DNA of 64,000 bases from Selaginella moellendorffii. Its lineage: Eukaryota > Plantae > Lycopodiophyta. Position numbers and translations under genes: made by a program. Where the stretch lies: positions 757,379-821,378 of the forward strand of contig NW_003314324.1 in the NCBI RefSeq assembly GCF_000143415.4. The letters run 5' to 3'. The notes beneath the pieces are model-generated. The model worked only from the letters and a program-made list of their open reading frames with translations. It did not search any database and was not told the DNA's origin. Positions 62,301-64,000 of this stretch are shown here, piece by piece (position 1 is the first letter of the stretch; each line of letters begins with the position of its first letter).

Positions 62301-62434
62301 TCCTCCTTCCGCCAATATTCCGCCAGAGATTGATTGCCACTCTGAAGGGCAGAGAGAAAAGATTCCCCAACCGTTTGGATCTGCGACTCAAGAAGCCCGA
62401 TTTGAGCCTCCACCTTAGCCAATTCCACGTCCAT
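59382..62434 (-). CDS. Crinkler/RHS-type (CR) protein: helical header + P-loop NTPase + PD-(D/E)xK-like REase, ~861 aa
   Basis: Exons 62434-62200, 61889-61863, 61811-60955, 60905-60661 and 60603-59382 join in frame (2586 nt). Motifs DIAGSGKTR, GSRDL, LLSRL, VILDECQ, FAGTG, RGRYR, FEPL and GPDIWWF..AAQMK. Confidence 0.75.
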
Positions 62435-62757
62435 TCTGCTAGCTGAAAACCCTATATTGAAAATTAAGTTGGAATAATATCATGAGTTTTAGTGGTGCCC
62501 TAGAATCGTCAGGAACCGCACGATCGTCATCCGACGGCACGACGACTAAATTAATCTATGGCTATAGCAACAAACAACTTTGCTTTAACGGCAAACCAAA
62601 AATAAATTTTTATACAAGTTAGTTGTTGATGTTTCTCCTTTGAGATTTCACCAGAGACAAGAACGTCTCTTGTGGACAGCATGGAGACTTCGTGTTGTCA
62701 CAAAATCTCTCCGCAGCCCCTGTTTTGTGTCGAGTGAAACCACATCACTCTGACATT

Positions 62758-64000
62758 TTAGGCCTTCTTTGGCTGCTTGGAACTGATTCGACAGCTGAAA
62801 GCATCGAGCAAGCCAGGGTCTTCTTCGCACGTAAGATAAGTGGCTGCCTCGGGATTGGCCAGGAGCTGCTTGGCAACCAGATAGCCAGCAATGGACCATG
62901 TCTGGAAGAGTCTCGATTGCTTGCCTATAAACTTCCCCGTGCGGCTGTCGTAGTACTCGGGCCAGCGGTCTCTGGAGATTCTCCTCTCCATGATTTCTAG
63001 AGCCTCGTACGCCACTTCTGATCTTCCCATCTTTATGCAGGCTAGTGTAAACTGTCAAAGAGTAACAAGGCAGCGTCAGAATTTTTTTTGCCATGGATCA
63101 TCTTTTCATGATTTCTTGCCTGCCAGATGAGTGTAGGCCAGGAACCTCCATTATGGTAAGACCATGCCCTGGAAAAACTCACAGAGTTATGACTTCCAAC
63201 ACAAAATTTACAAAAGCTTACGTGTTTTTGGGGTCACCGCCAGTGATGATTCGCCACTCCTCGTTTTCAAAAGCCGGGAAGCAGATCTTGAGAGGCATGC
63301 TTCCGACCAGGTGCTTCCATCTGTCTTGGATGAGATCGAGAATTCCGCTGGATTGCTGTGGTGTTGCCAGGGAAGATACTATCGCCCACAAGTTTCCCAG
63401 TGAGAAGAACCGAAAGTCCATGTGAGCCGGCTGTAGATTGCCGATAAAGTACCCTCCATGATCGGGCATCCAGTCCGCAAGCCAATCCGGGATTTGCTCG
63501 GGATAAATATTAAACTTGTTCACAGCATCATGCGAGTACTCTTCGGTTTTATAGCGATAGATCTCGTTGAGCTTAGCTATGTCGAGCCAATAGTATTCCC
63601 TTATGTGGAACGACAGTGCGCTAAGTCGCGAGTTAACCGCTGTAAGCAATTGATGAGACTTCTCGTCTGGGATAAGCATCTCTTTCGCACATTGAAGAGC
63701 CGAGTAGAAAAGCGCCTGTGTTCCGAGAGACGGTTAGTATTTTCTCTCGAAGCGAAATGACTATAAGCACCTGTATTTCAAGAGGATGGCCGTGGATGCC
63801 CATGCGACGATCGATCATACACGAGCCATCCGTGACCAGCAACGTCGGGAACATGTCAAACCCGTCAGAGAGACATAACTTAAGAATCATCCTTATGCCG
63901 GTTTGGACGTCCATTCTTTCCTGCAATGACAAGTCGCCCGTGGATTTACCGTAAGCTCGGAGGAGAATTATCCACCACAGACCTGGAGAATATCAAATGA
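62758..64000 (-). CDS. Alkaline/neutral invertase (GH100), organellar-type clade; 5' part lies outside the window
   Basis: [76 protein letters not shown] and QTWSIAGY. Confidence 0.93.

Overview
Compact, gene-dense land-plant nuclear DNA with short GT-AG introns, telo boxes and site II elements. The SS-motif-rich PPR gene and ~50-80 nt introns suggest a lycophyte such as Selaginella (inference). Genes, left to right: SEC11 exon 1, a PQQ/PVA-dehydrogenase-like pseudogene, a PLS-E PPR gene, an unknown 5-exon gene, PsbTn, a CDK-like pseudogene and IBA57. Then comes a ~22 kb nest of non-autonomous LTR retroelements: a 5S-carrying Cassandra TRIM, a second TRIM, a solo LTR, and a 7.5 kb LARD-like element whose 4 kb non-coding interior is an almost continuous chain of short RNA hairpins. 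After the nest: a decayed IBA57 copy, SLAC1, CTP synthase, RRP15, SICKLE-like, UBC19/20, a GT2-like glycosyltransferase, UBP24, a TMEM45/DUF716 gene, decayed Gypsy and Cassandra relics, an intact intron-containing Crinkler-like NTPase+REase gene and the 3' part of an alkaline/neutral invertase. Highlights: the hairpin-chain LARD with covarying duplicated modules and twin T-loop/B-box hairpins; young and old Cassandra copies; the Crinkler-like gene; an IBA57-SLAC1 duplication resolved by reciprocal gene loss; and a 750 bp fold-back. All calls were made by eye; no searches or folding computations were run.
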